DNA of 60,047 nucleotides from Perkinsus olseni (Eukaryota): NCBI GenBank assembly GCA_013115125.1, contig JABANN010000155.1, positions 1 to 60,047 of the forward strand, read 5' to 3'. Shown piece by piece: positions 1 to 11,087 of this stretch (position 1 is its first letter; each line of letters starts with the position of its first letter). The notes under the pieces were generated by a model. It saw only the letters and a program-made list of their open reading frames with translations, ran no database searches and was not told where the DNA came from. The position numbers and the translations under genes were made by a program.

Positions 1-170
1 ACGACAAGGAACGCTTCTGTGGTTGATATCGACAAGGGCGAGTCCCCTCGGAGTGATGTGAGCTGAGCGGAGGGTCTGGTGACTGTTGCGACGACAAGGA
101 ACGCTTCTGTGGTTGATATCGACAAGGGCGAGTCCCCTCGGAGTGTTGTGAGCTGAACGGGTCCAGGTAA
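1..170. repeat. 90-bp tandem duplication of an exon end plus intron
   Basis: acgacaaggaacgcttctgtggttgatatcgacaagggcgagtcccctcggagtg(a/t)tgtgagctga occurs at 1 and again at 91. Confidence 0.9.
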
Positions 171-2113
171 CTGTTATAAGCGGTATGGTCCGTTTTCGAT
201 CGCCCGAAATAAATGCCGATTCACTGGGCATGTGGATGAGGATGGGCTTCCCAACGGATTGGGGATGTGGATGGATGACTCCGCCCATGGAGAGCTCCTC
301 AGAGGGATGTGGATACGAGGTAAGATGGTCTAATGGTTAGTCTACTAGTCTTCGTAATTGCTCTTTCCCCGGTAGCTGCATTCTGCGTAGGTCAGCCAAC
401 GAGTCCCTTCGTATCGAGGGAGTTCGGCAGCGGATCGATGTTCATGAGCCGTAAAATTTTCTGGGCCAGCACGCGGAAGGAAAAAGGTAAAATGGGCTTT
501 CCACTAGCGTTCGACTTTGCACCGCGACGGCTCTCCTTCCCACTACTTTCGACAGTACGCAGAGGGTCTCTGTTCGTCTTTTCGCGCGCCACGAAGATGT
601 TCGTACAGGCCTCCACGACAAGCTATGGTTCCCCGCTCGAGACCCGCAAGGCCTTCGTTGCGGCATCGCAAATGTCGAAGCCTCGGCCTCGGGAAGTTTC
701 TTCTCTCACTTACCAAAGGTCAGGCAGCTCGTAGGAGCAAGCTACTATGTACAAGACATGTTGAGGAAATACAAGGGAGAGTAAGAATGCAAGATTTGTA
801 CCATCATCATACCATTCATTGTGTCAGCGACCCTGATTTCCGAGAGCTGAGCGCCGAGGCGTTGAATGGTATGGAATCCCCAGGCCTAGCCCCCCATCTG
901 AATATCCGAGTGGTAGTAGGGTAGTAGTGGTACTGGGGCCGTATCCTTCTCCGTGCGCACTCATCTTTGCGGCGTGCCTGTATGACGGAGGGATTTCGGA
1001 TGTCTGCAGTCGTTCATCTTGCTGTTCCTGAAAACTAGCGGAAATTGCGGTATGGCGTGAGATGGGTGAGTGTTAGTAGAATAAATTATCACTCACGAGG
1101 CGTACGGGATGATAAGCATAAGGGTTAATGGTATTTTCCTGAAGCGCCTTCTTGGAGTCGCTGTTGGGCATGTTAATGCATTCTCGAAGGGAGGACAGGC
1201 GGTCTTCCATCCGCGATAATTTTCAGGCGCGTGACGCTGATATGTGGCGGATTAGCGAAGCTCTGAAACGCGACCATTTATCGAAGGAGTTCATAGCCGG
1301 CTGCCGAAGTGACGACGATGATGATGATATCGATGACAATTCGACTGAGTTCGACGCTGGACTACCTGTCGGGATGCGAAGTAGTTCATCTTGCAATCTT
1401 GCTTTCACTCTCATTTCCTCTACAATTTCGCCTGTAGTGCGGCATACGACTACTGGTTACGCGGACTTGGGCAAGAAGCAAGGACTTCGGCGGAGTTTGT
1501 CCCAAGACTGCCCTCCAGTTTCGTTACCAGTGCATATAGTTGGTAGGCGGAGCGAAGCATTTCATATATATTCATTTTTGTCTCAATAGGTGGCCAGCCT
1601 CTAGTGGCGCAGAGTTCCCTTCCTGAACCATTGATGAAGGAGTTGGCAGACCCTGCTCCGGAAGCCCTCGTCTATCTGCACGGTTATAACTGTAAAATGT
1701 CGAGTGCCATGGAACGGTTGGGGCAGTTGATGGCTCTGGGGCAATTCCCACTCTATATCAAGCCTTTTATATTCTCGCAAAGTAAGGGGGGAGGGTTATG
1801 TTATGACCGTATGGTAGGTGGACCCACGCTGGCTTGAAATGTCGCCGAGACCTCGGCTTTGAGGTGGTACCAATTTTGATTGGTGGTAAGGAATTTGCGA
1901 ACACTGGTTCTTCCTTTGATCACTTTGTGAGGCAAAATACTTCGGAACTTCAGTCGGGATGTGAAGGCATGCTCGGAGACAAGCCATTTTACATCGCGAT
2001 GCGGATTGCGTATTTTTGACGCACAGTGTAGAATGTGAAGATACTCTATAGACACCCGAGTAATGAATCGTAATTGATCCTAGTATTCAACGACAATCAA
2101 TCATCAACATCAT

Positions 2114-2145
<32 letters not shown>

Positions 2146-3477
2146 CTATCGTTCCCCTGTCAGGTACTGGAATGGCTTTGACCTATCATTGGGCTATGTG
2201 GTCTCTGCCTGTCTTCGCGGGCGACTTGTCTGACTTCGTGTTTGAACTTCGGAAGGCTGGCTTCCTTCGAGTACACTTCCTAGTCCATTCGATGGGAGCG
2301 AGGTGATGAGGGTTCAGCTCAGATGGTGTCTATCCAGCAGTTGGTTGTAGGTTGTTCTGCGAAGCCTTGCCGGAGATGGAACGCCGCTCCTTCTTGAGAA
2401 TCCGGACGAGGGTCCCGGGATCGACTGCCTGTATAGATGATGTTTTAGCGTCTACATCGTCGTCGCACAGTGGAGAAGAGGAGTTGCCGGCTCTGGAACG
2501 GAAGCGTAATATCAGCACGGTGGGGTGGGGCTCGCTTAGATATCGCAAGGTCGTGGGTTCTAATCGTCCTTCCTCTATATATTTCCCTCTTAGAGACTGA
2601 CTTTGGCACCCCTTCCGAGGAAAGCGACCTGTGCGATCTGGAGGCGGGCGGTGGATGTGATACCCGTCGTATGCTCCTGTCCAGCGTCATCTTCGTTAAT
2701 GGAGATTATCCTCTCAACCACTTCAAGGAACAGGTAGGTCAACCTTAAATGCGCTGATGTTGATGAGCGCTGAAGATACTACCTAAACTACTCGAGTATT
2801 GCCAACGTGTCTCGATATATGCTGATCTTAAGGACGGCGCCTTGATCTGGGCTGAGCTGTTCAATAACGAGAAAGCAATGGGAAAGCACCCGGAAGAGGT
2901 AGTAGTGGGGAGTATCTTGAGGTCGGTGCTGGCACAACACAAGATTTGAGTATCCGTTGTTGTTGCTGTTGTTTGCAGATCTGCTGTGTTGACCCGGTGA
3001 CTGGTAAGAAGTATGGACAGGATTATGTTGATGTTATGGACACCACCCATATGGATCAAAACGTTCACGATTTGCGGCACAACTTCTTCAACTTGAACGT
3101 ACAAGTGGTCTCCGATATTGCCGACATAATTAGAACTGGCACCCCTGCTGAACAGCGTTATACGAGGTTGACACGGACGGGTAGGTAGAGCGCTGGGCTC
3201 GCGTGGGAGGAACCCGGGTTTGATCCCTGTTAAGTAGATAGAACTATCCATCTGAAATCGATCAGCCGTTTCGTAGTATAATACTGAGAGGGTCTAGGAA
3301 AAATATTCATTCGTTCTTAATCGTTCTTTCCGCTCTGAATCATCTAAAGTTTGTTGGTACATACCAACAAACTTGGTTGCTAACCAACTTGGTATGAAGG
3401 ATTATGATTTCTTTCTGCCAGGTCATGGAAATGTGTTCACTTTCCTAAGCCCCCCGAGCTTCGTGAAAAGTTGTTGA
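1..3477 (+). CDS. Multi-exon DUF900-type alpha/beta hydrolase-fold protein, 5' end outside the window
   Basis: Spliced exons give FTGHVDEDGLPNGLGMWMDDSAHGELLRGMWIRG|QPTSPFVSREFGSGS, EALVYLHGYN...IKPFIF (1660-1775), the nucleophile elbow HFLVHSMGAR (about 2274-2303) and DVMDTTHMDQNVHDLRHNFFNLN. The last exon, GHGNVFTFLSPPSFVKSC*, ends in TGA at 3475-3477. Confidence 0.75.
2116..2144. repeat. (TTG)n intronic microsatellite
   Basis: Direct ttgttgttg run. Confidence 0.9.
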
Positions 3478-3901
3478 AGTGGCGGATGGTCCATTTCCTC
3501 GCTACCGTAGTACCCATTTATAAAGTAGTATCTTTACCTCTTCTTCGTCTCATCACCGACCTCGGCTGTGCAATAACTCGCGCTGAAATCCGATTCATAT
3601 CGATCAAGCGATCGATTTCTCTCATCGCTTTTGCTGGTTTGGCGTATCTTTGGTACATTGACAAATACTGATAGATTTCAGCGTAACATTATGTAACATA
3701 TATTCAGGGTGGTAGGTCGCCCATTCTTGCACTCTTGAGATTCCTCAACGCATTGAGGGTAGGCAAGATAGCAAGTTTTAGTCTTTGGCGAAACAGCAAT
3801 GTTTGCTGGCTGTTCGGTGTATGTATTGTCTGATTTTTCTATTAGATTCCGTTGTCCTTTCTTTTCCTCTACTGGTTACTTCATAAAAAATTGACGCTCC
3901 T

Positions 3902-3930
3902 AAAATGCAGCGGCCGGGGATCGAACCCAC
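3902..3930 (-). other. tRNA-3'-end-like / B-box element, intergenic
   Basis: Reverse complement reads GTGGG TTCGATC CCCGG CCGCTGC A TTTT. No matching 5' acceptor strand or D-arm upstream. Confidence 0.75.
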
Positions 3931-4454
3931 GCTCTTTTCCAGGGGCTATTGCCCTAGGGTAGTACTGCTCCGCTCGGCCGCGGTAATAATCATTCCGCAG
4001 TATCGTTCGTGGAGTATCTGTTGCTACCTTCATCGTATCCCCAGCATCGACGGTTCCTCCCTGTTGCTGTCGTTATTCTCGATGTTGTTTCCTAATAGTG
4101 TTTCTTCCTTTCCATAATCATCATCACTGTTGCGTCCACACGAGGACCATGGAGGAGTGCCGAAGGGTTCTCCGCCGTTCATGACTTGCGGCCGGTAGTT
4201 GCTGGATCGTTGCATCCTGATCTCATTATGGCGATAGGATAGTCCCCACTTTTGTCAGCGACGCGAATCATCGTCTGATACGATACTAGAATTTCTGTCG
4301 AAGATTTTCTGTGGTTTTCACTGACATGGGGCTCACTTACAGGATGTTACTTTTTTTGGGGGTCCATGCTCTCAGGATCGCTTCGCTCGCTAACGGTATC
4401 GCTCATTGTTCGATTCTGCTGCTACCGTTTTCAGCTGCTACTTTCATCATCAAA

Positions 4455-6602
4455 ATGGAGGGCGGATCTTATTTCCGAGGCACAGCGTCGGATCAGGATC
4501 CCTTCTTCAGGAAAACTGGTGATCAGAAACTGATGGCCAAGATGAAGTTCCCGAAGAGCTTTGAAAAGTACTAGGATGATGGACGGCGGGCTGATGGATC
4601 TTTATATTTAGAGGAGAGGATGGGAAGCGAGTTCGTTTTTGAGAATAGCAAGTATAGACTGGTCACCGCGTTTCGATTCTGGTTGGTAGTTTTGAGGCAG
4701 AAAATTTTAACACTCCGTAAAAATATTGTCCGTCGTGTTGTTTGTTTTGGAGTAGTATAGTCGAGAGAACAGCGGAGAGTTTTCCGGCGGCCCTCGCAGT
4801 CTGTCACTGGTCATCATCCCGTGTGGACGGTCAGGCCGGTGGATTTGAATCGCATCAATGTTGACGTCCTCCGACCCTGGGTAACGGATCGGATAACTGA
4901 TATCATCGGCACTGAGGATGAGATTGTTATTGATTACGCCTTGGAGCAGATCACAGCCACACCTGACCACACAGAGGTGAGAGATGTTCATTGGGATGCG
5001 AATCGATCATTAGGGCGCGCGCTACGGCTCTCAGGTTGACCCTAGGGAGATGCAGTTGAGTTTGACGGGCTTCCTGCAGCGCGGAGCGGCGCCGTTTTGC
5101 GAGGAGTTATGGGAGATGTTGCTGAGTGCACAGGTGAGTGATAAACCTGGAATATGACCTACCTGGGGATTGAACCCGGTATCTTTCGTAGGACTCTCCG
5201 GCGGGTGTACCTGCTCAACTGGTTGATCGTAAGAAGAGAGAGATGATGAGGAAGAAGGAGGAGGCTGAGAAAGTTAAGCGAGAAATTGAGGAGAGGAAAG
5301 CGGCAGCAGAGGCTGCTGCGAAGAAGGTGGTTATTGGGCTGTGAATCTTGTCTGAATCTTGTTCGTAATGAGCGGGAACTCTCCGATTACCCAACAACAG
5401 AAGCTTTTCATCGGATTAGATCGTACCTGCCTAATTTGAAATTGCACCCGGGATTCTCATCCGTGCGGCAGAGGATTTGTTTTCACATTCATCTGTTCCA
5501 CAGGAGAGCGAATCCACGTATTATCCCCCGCCCCCACCCGGGCCGCTGCTCATACCGACGGCTCCTGCATTCGACACCAGAGGTAATCGCCACATAACCG
5601 ATTGTCAGGGCGAGCGCGTAGTCACACTTTTTCCTATGTCCTGTTTAGTTCGCCGTGGGCCGATCAGACCGCCATCGCCTGGCTCGAAGACGGGCGTCCC
5701 GGCGGCAACCCCACCTGGGGAGAAGCCCCCGCCTCCGCCTCCCGGGATGGCCGAGGACTCGTAGTGTTTCGTCGTTGGCCGTACTTGCCGTAAATGATTG
5801 CTATTATTCCATCAGGCACTCGCAGGGTTCTGATTTACCGGTAAGGAGGAGAAGAGAGAGATCTCAGGACAGCGAGAGGCGCGGCAGGTAGGCAATAATC
5901 GATTACTTGGGCGTAGCGAATCTTGCAGTATGTATTTTGTAGGGGTCGGTCCTCATCTCGGTCCCCGCGCGGGGAGGAGGTCGAGCAGAACGGGCGGGAG
6001 TCGAGGTCTCGTGATGGAAGGAGGCGTCGGAGTCGCAGGTAAAATGCAGATCGCCGGGATCGAACCTGGGAGCATCCATCCTCAGTCGGTCTGGTCGACG
6101 AGATGACAGTCGTAGACGTCATCACCATCACCACCACGATGAGAGGCGAGGAGAGAGGCGGAGTAGCAGGAGGAGGTCCGAGGACAGGCAGCGGGATGCC
6201 AGGCGGTAGGCGACTGGCCTTTTGTCAAGTGTGTTTATACCTGAGGTTAGACGGGACGATAGAACTCCTACGAGGAGACACTCGAGGAGGGATCGATCGG
6301 AAGAAGGACCAGAGTCATCAGCGAGGAGGAGGAGAGCATCGAGATCTAGGACGCCACCTCAGAGTAGGAAGGGTGACTTCAGGCGAGACCGGTCGAAAGG
6401 GGAAGGTCGGGGACATAAGGATGAGTAATGACGGGTGGTGGGGTCGAACCTGCGTCCTGGGAGTTGGTGTGCTCTTAGTCGGGGAAGATCTTTGAGTTTT
6501 GGCCGGCGATCTGATTCTGAGACGAGTCGAGTGTCGCGGAGGTCCGAGGAGAGGTCGGAAAGTCGGGGCAAAAGTGAAGATAAGAAAGCAGCAGCTTCGT
6601 GA
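4455..6602 (+). CDS. SRRM1: PWI-domain, Arg/Ser-rich splicing coactivator (SRm160-like), multi-exon
   Basis: MEGGSYFRGTASDQDPFF...KMKFPKSFEK|PVDLNRINVDVLRPWVTDRITDIIGTEDEIVIDY...PREMQLSLTGFL...FCEELWEMLLSAQ matches the SRm160 PWI N-terminus. A Pro-rich and RS-rich tail follows, ending KKAAAS* at 6600-6602. Confidence 0.85.
5155..5179 (-). other. tRNA-3'-end-like / B-box element in an SRRM1 intron
   Basis: rc CCGGG TTCAATC CCCAG GTAGGTC A TATT. Confidence 0.7.
6045..6069 (-). other. tRNA-3'-end-like / B-box element in SRRM1 intron 6039-6085
   Basis: rc CCAGG TTCGATC CCGGC GATCTGC A TTTT. The TTTT is the aaaa of the donor gtaaaa. Confidence 0.75.
6429..6453 (-). other. tRNA-3'-end-like / B-box element in SRRM1 intron 6425-6478
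   Basis: rc GCAGG TTCGACC CCACC ACCCGTC A TT. Confidence 0.7.
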
Positions 6603-6677
6603 GGTGCAAGTAGACGTACAGCATAGAACGAGATACTTTCCGAATGTTTGTGGTGCCGTTTCGCGTTGGAGTAGGTC

Positions 6678-6702
6678 CCGGGTTCAATTCTCGGTTCCGG
6701 CA
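6678..6702 (+). other. tRNA-3'-end-like / B-box element, intergenic (resembles a tRNA-Phe 3' end)
   Basis: GGTC CCGGG TTCAATT CTCGG TTCCGGC A. No 5' half upstream. Confidence 0.7.
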
Positions 6703-6784
6703 AGTTTGGAATATTCGGGTGTTTCTCGTTATGTTGCTGCGTTTGATTAAGCCCGGGATCTCGACGCTACCCAGGCAGGCTACA

Positions 6785-7545
6785 ATGCTTCACGCGAGGT
6801 AGGATGGTAGTGGACGTGGATGAGTCGGCATCCGGGACATGCCAGGCCGTGGGCTGTGGCGTGGAGGGGATTCTGCACGGCCGGGGATCATCCAATCAGG
6901 GGATATAGACCTGAGTTGTCATCAGGAGATCTGGAGGGACGGAAGAAGGTTCTGCTCTACAGGTGATGGTTGTGGGTTCATTTCCCGGCCGTGAGACCTC
7001 GCCTAATAGCGAGATCCGGATGATGATTCCTGGATTATCCGACACGAGCTCGGCTGGTACCACTCCTTACGCAAATCTCTAAGTTCAACATACCCTTGAA
7101 CGCTCGCGAGGCTGCATGCAAGTCTGAGACATTGCTTCGGGCCCCAATTCTGATGATGATTCTGGGTTGATTCTCGGATGCACAGCCGACTGCGTGATAG
7201 ACTAATCCATTTTCTCCTCTCTCAGAGCCCGCCAGAGGGGGTATCTCGAGCTTGATGTCATTCTAGGAAGTTTTGCGGGTAGTAGTTGGCTGCCATGTTC
7301 TGTTCTCACTGAAGCCTGCAGATCGCTACCTACGTCACATGCCTGAGCCGGAGGTTGATGAGTTTGAAGAAGTACTTGCATTGGAGAATCCTGATTTGTA
7401 CAAGTGGTTGTCGGCACAGGTGGGTAACCTGGAGGTCGCGAGTTCGATCCTTGGTCAAGGGTTTTTCCAGTCGGTTGCGCCGAGCGAGCTGGTCGAGAGC
7501 AATTCCGTTTTCCGTAAGCTGCTGCAGTATACGGGGTCCTCTTGA
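6785..7545 (+). CDS. SDHAF2: Succinate dehydrogenase assembly factor 2 (Sdh5/SdhE flavinator), multi-exon; start uncertain
   Basis: DLEGRKKVLLYR|ARQRGYLELDVILGSFA...EVDEFEEVLALENPDLYKWL fits the Sdh5 RGxxE motif and downstream helix. Confidence 0.85.
7438..7462 (+). other. tRNA-3'-end-like / B-box element in SDHAF2 intron 7420-7470
   Basis: GGTC GCGAG TTCGATC CTTGG TCAAGGG T TTTT, then the ccag acceptor. Confidence 0.7.
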
Positions 7546-7641
7546 GTTCATCATGACCTTTTGAGAACAGTTTTTGATTCTGTGCTTGAATTGTGTCGAG
7601 ATGGATGAATGGAGGGGGATCGCGTATAAGATTGGGTGGAC

Positions 7642-7666
7642 GCTGGTTCAATCCCGGGTAATGCTA
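7642..7666 (+). other. tRNA-3'-end-like / B-box element, intergenic just upstream of DDX55
   Basis: GCTGG TTCAATC CCGGG TAATGCT A TTTT. Confidence 0.7.
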
Positions 7667-7702
7667 TTTTCAAGCGTTTTTGGCTTGTCGCCGTTTCCCG
7701 TG

Positions 7703-10671
7703 ATGATGGCCAACGACAGTCACCATCAGCGAAGTTGGGACAGCTTAGGGCTCAACGAGAAGTCGATGGACTTCGTCAATAACACCCTCGGCTTCTCTCA
7801 TCCAACGCCGGTAAGCTTGACCGCTGCGCCACGAAATTAGTTTTCCTTGGGGCACTCCTCGATGGTGTTGAAAGGGATGGTGGTTCATTACGTGGCTTGT
7901 AGGGTTGACGGTAATGGTCGCAGGTCCAATCCGTGGGTATTCCATTATTCCTGCAACGGAAGGATGTTGCCTGTGAGGCGGCCACTGGGAGTGGTAAGAC
8001 GCTAGCGTTCGTACTGCCTATCATGGAGATGACAACTAAGCGACTTGCAGAAGCAGATGTAGTACGGTATCATGGGTTGACTCCAATAAGATACAAAATA
8101 GGTCAACTCGTTAATCAGGATTGCTCGGATTTTATCATACCCGAGGCTGCGAGCGTAGGAGCGGTTATTCTTTCACCTACGAGGGAGCTAGCGACTCAGA
8201 TTCACGATATCATAATGAAATATATCCATGGTAATGCAGATTGCCGGGATCGAACCTGTGCTCTTCCAGGAATCTACTTTTCAGCAAACCCGAATCCCCA
8301 ACTGAAGTGCTACTGTTTCGTCGGTGGGCGAGACATCCATGCGGACCGTGCTGTCATCGAGGGAGCTAAGGGATCCTCGTTAATACTCGTTGGTGAGGTT
8401 ATGGTATCTGAGGGGTGGGCGTCGAAGTTCTCCTGCCAGGCACTCCGGGTAGAGTACGCCACATTCTTTGTGAGAAGGAAGCGGACAGTCCGTTGAGAAT
8501 GAAAACTGCGGAGGTTGGTATTGGAATCTTTGCACGCATCGACATAGGATTCGATGGTGATGAATTCTTCACTGTGCGCAGGTGCTGGTCCTGGATGAGG
8601 CAGATCGTCTCTTGGCTTTGGGATTCGAGAAAGATATGTCGGACATATTCGCTGTGTTACCGAAGCAGGTAAATAGGTATTAAAACGCCTTTGCCGGGGG
8701 TCGATCCCGGGTGTCCTCTATCAGCGCCGTACATGCCTCTTCTCGGCTACACTGGCGGGTGCTGAGATCAAACAACTTGTCAGGAAGGCGGGACTAAGGA
8801 ATCCTGTTCATGTAAATGCCTCTACCAGGGATCGAACTCGGGTAGCATTTATGTGCTCAGGTTAAAGTATCTCGGCCGTCTTCATCCCCCAGTACAGAAG
8901 GAGGGAAGGATACCTACGACCTACCCCAGGGGTTGGAGAACTACTTTAAGGTCATCGCCCAACGTGAAAAGCTGCCCTGGATGAAACGCTTCGTCGAAGC
9001 TCGGGCGAGAGGTAGTGTCAGGAGTGAAGGGAAGATGGTGATTGTTCAGTGCCAGGGTCGAAGGTATTGGTTTTCTTCCTCACTTGTGCGTCGGTCGACT
9101 ATCATTTCGCTGTACTGAAGGAGCTGTGGAAGGAGGAAATGGAGGGTAGGAAAGGGCGTGGATTCGATCCTCGCTAGGGTTCTTTTGTTGCAGGTGAGAG
9201 TCCGTCGATCAGCCTGCACCGAATGCACGGTCACATGACACCATCAGCCCGACATAAGGCATACAAAGCATTCAGCGAGGGGAAGTACTGCCGGGCGAGC
9301 GCTATTTCGTCGGTTATGCGTGAGATTTGAAAGTTTATTTGTTAGGTCTGAGGACGACGGATGCACCAACGTGATGCTTGCTACTGATCTGGTGGCACGC
9401 GGTGTTGATATCCCGAAGGTGACGAGGCCCGGAATCGAACCCGGGTCGTTTGCATGGAAGTGATGTCCTCTCGCTCAGGTCGATTGGATTGTCCAATTCG
9501 ACCTTCCCCAATCTCCGTCATTCTTCATCCATCGTGTTGGAAGGACAGCGAGAGCCGGAAGGGAAGGGCAGGCAGTCGCCTGTATGCTAGAGAGCGAGGT
9601 GATGATGCTCATACAGAAAGCGCTCGCCCTGGCGATCGATTTAAGCCTTCCTCCTACCATCCATAATTTTCTTACGCAGGTTGATGGATACCTCTCTTTC
9701 CTGAAAGGTCGAGGAGTATCTTTGGCGAAGTGGGAGGATGAGGTTGAAACTGAAAGATATGTTGAAGCGCATGCAGCAGAGATGTTGGAAGATATCCGTA
9801 AAACGTACAATGAGAAATCACGTAAGTCCTTACTGGCTTGCATGACCGCGCGCCACGAAATTTCAGGCGACTTCCTTGACAAGGCAGTAGCGGCATTTGT
9901 GTCGTTCGTCCGAGGGTATTCCGAGCACGAGCTGAGCTTTGTATTCAACATAAAGGTGGGAGAAATGGGGGTAGTTGGGATAGAACCTGGGACCTTTTCC
10001 GCTTCAGGAGCTCGACCTGGGCGATGTTGCGACATCCTTCAGCCTTTTGAGGCTCCCGCGAGTGAAGGAGATCATGGGCCGACAGATAGCGAACTTTGTG
10101 CAGTCGGATGTCATACCCACAGAACTGCGAGGTTCCGGGTTCAATTCCTGGTACCGGTCTTTTTCCAGGTGGCGCCAGACTCCGTTGCTTACTCTGATGC
10201 AACGAAGGAAGCAGCTCGACAAGAGCGACTCAAGAAAGTTGAGATTGAGCGAGAAGAGCGGAAGAAGAGAAGAGAAAAGATTGCGCAGAAACAGAGTATG
10301 CACGCACGCGCAATATCTTAGGTTGACCCTTGTCCTTTTCAAGATGTTGTCCGGAGCCGAACCGAGAAGAGGGAATGTCGCCGTACGACGACCCAACACG
10401 AATTGGACTCCCTCCAGCGTGAGGAGGCGTTGGTGAAGAAACTGAAGAAAGGTGATGGTGTGGGGAGGAATTTCGTGGCGCAGCGGTCGTCGTATTGATA
10501 GGCAAGATTTCTCGGAAACAGTTCGAGCACGAGATGAAGACGTTGGATGGTGTCGAGGATGATGACGACGATGCTGATGAGCTCTCGGAGTCTTCGAGCG
10601 CGGAGGAGGAGACGGAGAAGGTTGGAGGATCGTCGGTCACGAAGAAGCGGATACGAAAGGATGTAATGTAG
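7703..10671 (+). CDS. DDX55: DEAD-box RNA helicase of the Spb4/DDX55 family, multi-exon
   Basis: Q motif [10 protein letters not shown], motif [62 protein letters not shown], and the Spb4-type [18 protein letters not shown]...LLRLPRVKE. Confidence 0.9.
8235..10159. other. Seven tRNA-3'-end-like / B-box elements in DDX55 introns (8235-8259 -, 8686-8710 -, 8817-8841 -, 9158-9182 +, 9420-9444 -, 9966-9990 -, 10135-10159 +)
   Basis: ACAGG TTCGATC CCGGC AATCTGC A; CCGGG ATCGACC CCCGG CAAAGGC G TTTT; CCGAG TTCGATC CCTGG TAGAGGC A TTT; GTGGA TTCGATC CTCGC TAGGGTT C TTTT; CCGGG TTCGATT CCGGG CCTCGTC A; CCAGG TTCTATC CCAAC TACCCCC A TTT; CCGGG TTCAATT CCTGG TACCGGT C TTTTT. Confidence 0.75.
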
Positions 10672-11087
10672 CGGGGATATTTGTGGTTGAAAGGTTGGTA
10701 GAGAAATTATTAGTCCAGCTAAGGAAAACCTTCCTTCTAGAGAGCTGTAGACACCAGGCGAGGTTCATTTGTAAAATCCACAGGTACTCGGAGGAGGCCG
10801 AAGGAAGTCTAAGAAGCGGCGATAGGTCCCTACCCCTCCGAGAGGATAGTCATCTCCCCCACGTTATACTGTCAATACCACTCCAATCGTTACTACTTGT
10901 TCTATCACGTTACTACTTACAGCAGGGCCTTCCGTGTTGTTAATCTCCTGACATCCTGGAAGAGAGGATTTAACCCACCTTAGAGACCATCGGAAATCCC
11001 CGCGAGTCTCAGAGCTCTCGCTCCGAAATTCACTTAGCCTCCTCCACGACCCGCCTGTGTGTCCCCCACTGTCACAGTTATTATCGA

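Noticed and set aside
1-170. CRISPR-like repeat
   Set aside because: Two adjacent 90-bp units in a eukaryotic gene, with no spacers or cas genes.
3902-3980. Complete tRNA genes at the B-box sites (checked 3902, 6678, 9420, 56302)
   Set aside because: No complementary 5' acceptor strand about 72 nt upstream, no D-arm or A-box, and no paired anticodon stem.
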